Shown here in pieces: positions 25,395-29,410 of a stretch of 29,410 nucleotides of DNA (positions within the stretch are counted from its first letter, which is position 1; the number at the start of each line of letters is the position of its first letter). The DNA lies in the NCBI GenBank assembly GCA_903888815.1, contig CAISVC010000657.1, positions 1-29,410 of the forward strand, given 5' to 3'. Under the pieces are notes generated by a model. It was not told where the DNA came from, searched no databases, and saw only the letters and a program-made list of their open reading frames with translations. The translations under genes and the position numbers were made by a program. The DNA is from an uncultured Fibrobacterota bacterium. Its GTDB lineage: Bacteria; Fibrobacterota; Chitinivibrionia; Chitinivibrionales; Chitinispirillaceae.

Positions 25395-25943
25395 ATGAAA
25401 GCTTTGCAAGTATTAACCACAGCGATCTGTTTTGCCCTGGTTTTTTCAACAGGCGCCCAGTGCCGCGACAGTTCGTCTGTTGTAAAAAAGAGTGCCTCGT
25501 CTGCTGTAAAATCAGAAGTAAAAGCGATTGTACCTGATACTGCGAAGCAAAAGGCCAAAACACCCGTTGTTTTATCGAAAGCGGCGCAGGATACGCTGAT
25601 TATCATCGCACGTCTTGTTGAAATCCCCGGAAAGTTTCCTTCCAACGACGCGTACGATTACCTATATCTGGTTAAATACCGTGTTATAAAAGTCCTTCGG
25701 GGTGTCTATCCGGCGCAGGAGATACTGGTCGGTCACTATAACCCCCGCATTCCGCGATCGCAGATAAAAGACAGAATGGCACCGTTCGTGGCAGGTAATG
25801 TCACGAAATTCGAGACTGGCGACAAACATCGGCTGGTGCTCATCACTCCTCTCGAACGTGTCATAGAAGATCGCGTTGAGAATGATTTCCCTGAATCCGA
25901 CCTCGAAAAATATTACGCCCTCAGAGCGGACGTCGCTCAGTAG
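25395..25943 (+). CDS. Hypothetical exported protein (Ser/Lys/Ala linker plus small beta domain)
   Basis: GGAGGA SD before ATG 25395, signal peptide, and 11 bp upstream of the MBOAT gene. Confidence 0.75.
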   Translation: MKALQVLTTAICFALVFSTGAQCRDSSSVVKKSASSAVKSEVKAIVPDTAKQKAKTPVVLSKAAQDTLIIIARLVEIPGKFPSNDAYDYLYLVKYRVIKVLRGVYPAQEILVGHYNPRIPRSQIKDRMAPFVAGNVTKFETGDKHRLVLITPLERVIEDRVENDFPESDLEKYYALRADVAQ

Positions 25944-25954
25944 AAATAGAATTC

Positions 25955-27382
25955 ATGGTTTTTTCGTCCCACATTTTCCTGTTTTACTTCCTGCCTGTTT
26001 TCCTCTTTGCATACTTTCTGCTTCCTTTCCGGTGGAAAGGGTTCTATGTAAAGAACGCCTTTATCACCATCATGAGCTATGTTTTCTACGGCTGGCTGGT
26101 GCCCTGGTTCGTCATTCTCATGTTCATCACGACCCTGAAAGATTATTACTGCGGCCTCGTTATCAGCAGGCCGGGACAGCTCCAGTGGAAGCGAAAGGCC
26201 GCGCTTGCTTTTGCCATTGTAGCCGACCTCGGCCTTCTTGCCTATTACAAATACTATATGTTTTTCATGGGAGAGGTCGTCAACAAGGCGGCAATGCTTT
26301 TCGGCGGCGGGCCGCACGCTTTTTCAATTGCCACGGTTCTTCTGCCGTCAGGAATTTCCTTTTATACCTTCGTCGCCCTGAGCTATACGATCGACGTGTA
26401 CCGGGGCGATGCGAAGCCGGCCCGGAACTTCTCCATGTTCTCCTGTTTCGTGGGGCTGTTCCCGCACCTTATCGCGGGCCCGATCATCCGCTACAGCTCG
26501 GTGGCCGAACAGCTTGACTATCGTGAGCATATCATTTCGAAGTTCGCGAGCGGCGTGGCCGTTTTCTGTCTCGGGCTCGGCAAAAAAATCATTCTGGCAA
26601 ACTCGGTCGCACCGATCGCCGACGCCGCGTTCGGCAGCGACAGCCCCGGCATGCTCAACGCGTGGTGGGGCGTTCTGGCCTACGCCTTCCAGATCTATTT
26701 CGATTTCTGCGGCTACTCCGATATGGCTGTCGGCCTCGCGCGCATGATGGGGATCGAATTCCTCAAGAATTTCGACGCGCCGTACCAATCGAAAAGCATT
26801 ACCGTCTTCTGGCGCAGATGGCACATATCGCTGTCAAACTTCATCAGGGACTATCTTTACATTCCGCTCGGCGGCAACCGGGTGAGCACCGGGCGGATGT
26901 ATTTCAACCTGTGCCTCTGCTTTTTTCTCTGCGGACTGTGGCATGGCGCAAAATGGACGTTCGTGGTCTGGGGAATCTATCAGGGTGTGTTTCTCGTCCT
27001 GGAACGCATCGCAGGCAAACGCACGGTATATTGGCGCCTGCCCACTTTCGGGCAGATCGCATTGACCTTCATAATCGTGCTGTTCGGCTGGGTGCTCTTC
27101 AGATCACCGGATCTTTCTCAGGCTATGCACTACTGGGGGGCAATGGTGGGGGCAGTACCGGGCGCCGCATCGGCGCCGCTCCTCGGCACAGAGCTTTTTA
27201 CGCTCCGCCACATTTTCGAAATGGCGGTATGCGCTTTCTTTGTCTGGCAGCCGATTCAGGCTCACGAATGGGGGCTTGAGGTAACCATGAAAAAAGCACT
27301 GCTCTGCATTGTGGTGCTCATCCTGGCCATTGCCATGATGTTCACGCAGAGCTACAATCCGTTCCTTTACTTCCAGTTCTGA
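25955..27382 (+). CDS. algI: MBOAT-family O-acyltransferase (AlgI/PatA/DltB-like)
   Basis: MVFSSHIFLFYFLP, LPSGISFYTF, FPHLIAGPIIRY, QIYFDFCGYSDMAVG, FWRRWHISLS, GLWHGA (catalytic His), FLYFQF end. Confidence 0.92.
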   Translation: MVFSSHIFLFYFLPVFLFAYFLLPFRWKGFYVKNAFITIMSYVFYGWLVPWFVILMFITTLKDYYCGLVISRPGQLQWKRKAALAFAIVADLGLLAYYKYYMFFMGEVVNKAAMLFGGGPHAFSIATVLLPSGISFYTFVALSYTIDVYRGDAKPARNFSMFSCFVGLFPHLIAGPIIRYSSVAEQLDYREHIISKFASGVAVFCLGLGKKIILANSVAPIADAAFGSDSPGMLNAWWGVLAYAFQIYFDFCGYSDMAVGLARMMGIEFLKNFDAPYQSKSITVFWRRWHISLSNFIRDYLYIPLGGNRVSTGRMYFNLCLCFFLCGLWHGAKWTFVVWGIYQGVFLVLERIAGKRTVYWRLPTFGQIALTFIIVLFGWVLFRSPDLSQAMHYWGAMVGAVPGAASAPLLGTELFTLRHIFEMAVCAFFVWQPIQAHEWGLEVTMKKALLCIVVLILAIAMMFTQSYNPFLYFQF

Positions 27383-27400
27383 CGGAGCGTGAGATACACG

Positions 27401-29041
27401 ATGAAGAACATGACTAAAATCGCGGCGATCCCGCTCATTGCGGTGTTCCTGCTTGTCATCTATGCGGTGCCGATCACGCAGGGTGTGGCTGAGCTTCGAA
27501 GGGGCAGGAGTATCCAGGCGCTCGACCTTGTCGTTGACGCAACAGCAACCCCTTTCCGCAACGCGTCCGCGCAGCATGCTCTCGCTGATAAATTTTCTTC
27601 ATATACGGACAGTATCGCCAGCGAGCTCTCGATGGCGAATGATTCGGTATGGAACCGCGAAAGAATCCAAGGCCTCGCCGAGGAACTGCTTTACACCGCC
27701 CAAGATCTCAGGAAAACAGTGATCAAGAAAAACCGCCATGTACGGGCCGATTCTGTCTCCTTGCCGGTTATGCGGCTTGACACGCTTTCCGGACAATGCG
27801 CGGGTTTTCTGTCCGCGCTTAGAAACGGAACACCGTCTGCCCTTTTTGCTGCGATTCGCAGTAATGGAAAGACGCTTGCGCAGGAATATCGGCAGCCGTC
27901 ATTCCTCGATATACCGCTCCTTATAGTAAAAAATATACGCTACATTCTCTGGAACGACCGTTACCTGCGACCGTACGAAAAGGAAATGGAAAATTCGTCG
28001 GTGTTCGCCCTTGGGGCACGTCCCAAAATGTTGTTAACTTACTACCGTCTGTTCAGGGACCTCGGTGAAAAAGGAATCCGTGGCAGAAACGGCTGGTTCT
28101 TTTACAAACCGGACGTTGATTTTCTCATCAAACCGTATGTCAGGGACCGGCGCTCCATCGTGGTGGACCCGAATGACAGACCGGTAAGCGACAATCCGGT
28201 CGCGGCGATTAAAAAATTCAAAGAACAGTTAAACGCCAGAGGCATTGATATGCTTCTGGTCATTATGCCGGGAAAGCCAAGCATCTATCCCGATGTTGTT
28301 TCATCCCGGATGGCGCCTGGTTCAGCGGGCTCGTTCAGCCATTCGCTCCGCATGCTGAGCGATCTGAAAAAACAGGGTGTCGAGGTCGTCGACCTGTTTA
28401 CCCCCTTTGCGCGTGAGCGCCTGCGCGACCACGAGGCGGGCGATTCGATATATCTGCATGAAGATACCCATTGGAAGGCGCGCGCCGTGCGCCTGGCCGC
28501 ACGAGTGGTCGCCGACCGCATCAGGCAGTATCCTTGGTTCGCGGCGGGTTCGACCGAATATATACTTGATTCAATAACAATCGACCGGATTGGCGATGTC
28601 GGTACCATGTCGACGCTGCCTTTAAATAAAGTACGCGGCCTGTACGGATTATTCATGCCGGAAAAGACAAAGTGCTATAAGGTGTACCGGATAATCAGGG
28701 ATCCGCAGGGCGTCGAGACAGAACGGATACCGTATAAAGATGACTTCCGCACCTCGATCATCCTTCTACTGGGTGACAGCTTTTCGCGGATCTATCAGAC
28801 CGACGATCCGCGAAGTGCCGGATGGATTTCCCATCTGGCCCTTGAGCTGGCGCAGCCCATCGCTTCTCTAGTTAATGACGGCGGCGCCTCCACGCTCGTG
28901 AGGCAGTCGCTGGCCCGGAAACCGAACCTGCTCAAAGGAAAAAAACTGGTCGTATGGGAGATTGTTGAGCGCGATTTCCGTTTCGGCGATGAGGGGTGGA
29001 AGGACGTGCCGATCGTGGACAAAGACTTGGGGAAAGAATAA
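27401..29041 (+). CDS. AlgJ/AlgX-like SGNH O-acetyltransferase with N-terminal membrane anchor
   Basis: GRNGWFFYKPD, PGKPSIYP, EDTHW (D-x-H), LGDSFS (catalytic Ser), VVWEIVER. The start is uncertain (27389 GTG, 27401 or 27410 ATG). Confidence 0.85.
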   Translation: MKNMTKIAAIPLIAVFLLVIYAVPITQGVAELRRGRSIQALDLVVDATATPFRNASAQHALADKFSSYTDSIASELSMANDSVWNRERIQGLAEELLYTAQDLRKTVIKKNRHVRADSVSLPVMRLDTLSGQCAGFLSALRNGTPSALFAAIRSNGKTLAQEYRQPSFLDIPLLIVKNIRYILWNDRYLRPYEKEMENSSVFALGARPKMLLTYYRLFRDLGEKGIRGRNGWFFYKPDVDFLIKPYVRDRRSIVVDPNDRPVSDNPVAAIKKFKEQLNARGIDMLLVIMPGKPSIYPDVVSSRMAPGSAGSFSHSLRMLSDLKKQGVEVVDLFTPFARERLRDHEAGDSIYLHEDTHWKARAVRLAARVVADRIRQYPWFAAGSTEYILDSITIDRIGDVGTMSTLPLNKVRGLYGLFMPEKTKCYKVYRIIRDPQGVETERIPYKDDFRTSIILLLGDSFSRIYQTDDPRSAGWISHLALELAQPIASLVNDGGASTLVRQSLARKPNLLKGKKLVVWEIVERDFRFGDEGWKDVPIVDKDLGKE

Positions 29042-29054
29042 CTTAATCAACCTT

Positions 29055-29405
29055 TTATTTTTTAGCGCGCAACTCGGCAAAAAACGATTTTATCTGCGGA
29101 ATTAATGCAGGCAATTCCTCTTTTACGGCGGCCCATACGATTTTGTAATTTATTCCCCAATATGCATGAATGCATTTGTCGCGCATGCGGGCCAGATCCG
29201 ACCATGGTATCGCCGGACGGAGATTCTGTATATCTTCAGGAATATTTTTTGTCGCCTCACCGATAATTTCAAAACACCGGATAACCGCATACGCTGTTTT
29301 ACGATCCGCAGCGAACTCATCAAAAGACATCGTACCGACGAAGCTCACGGCCTGGGCCACGTTCTCGATAATGTCTGAAAGGTAGACTGTATAATCCCGC
29401 GTCAT
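29055..29405 (-). CDS. hepT: HepT-like HEPN ribonuclease toxin (DUF86)
   Basis: YLSDII...AVIRCFEIIGEATKNIP...IPWSDLARMRDKCIHAYWGINYKIVW. RX4HXY motif at R75-H80-Y82. Confidence 0.9.
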   Translation of the reverse strand: MTRDYTVYLSDIIENVAQAVSFVGTMSFDEFAADRKTAYAVIRCFEIIGEATKNIPEDIQNLRPAIPWSDLARMRDKCIHAYWGINYKIVWAAVKEELPALIPQIKSFFAELRAKK

Positions 29406-29410
29406 ACCTG

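Noticed and set aside
1-29410. CRISPR arrays, tRNA/rRNA genes, transposases, prophage genes, frameshifted pseudogenes
   Set aside because: None seen. Nearly all sequence is accounted for by intact ORFs and short intergenic regions.

Overview
Mostly housekeeping and cell-envelope DNA from a diderm bacterium, probably Fibrobacterota (Chitinivibrionia/Chitinispirillia-like). The taxonomy is inferred from T9SS-type C-terminal domains and a lipoprotein resembling the Fibrobacter TIGR02171 family. The left half is on the minus strand: trpS, an Rmd/Gmd-type epimerase, an ahcY-thyX(tandem)-U32 operon, a lipoprotein, and murA with a Cys-to-Asp active site followed by a membrane-anchored AraC regulator that runs off the window. 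A probable 6S RNA lies divergent from murA. The right half encodes two T9SS cargo proteins (lamin-tail protein, GH53 galactanase), a GNAT, an orphan AbiEii-type nucleotidyltransferase, a DUF362 Fe-S protein, a lipoprotein/outer-membrane barrel/transglutaminase-TPR operon, a GT-C-like membrane protein, an AlgI/AlgJ-type O-acetylation locus and a HEPN (HepT) toxin at the window edge. The least explained signals are non-coding. Two diverged copies of a ~168-bp structured palindromic element (14278-14445, 18626-18792) show compensatory base changes. One copy is nested in a 378-bp TG...CA inverted-repeat unit directly upstream of the orphan toxin gene. There is also an in-frame ~115-bp palindrome inside the U32 gene and a GTAG-type REP doublet. 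No tRNA, rRNA, CRISPR array or transposase was seen. All assignments come from reading motifs by eye; no database search was run.
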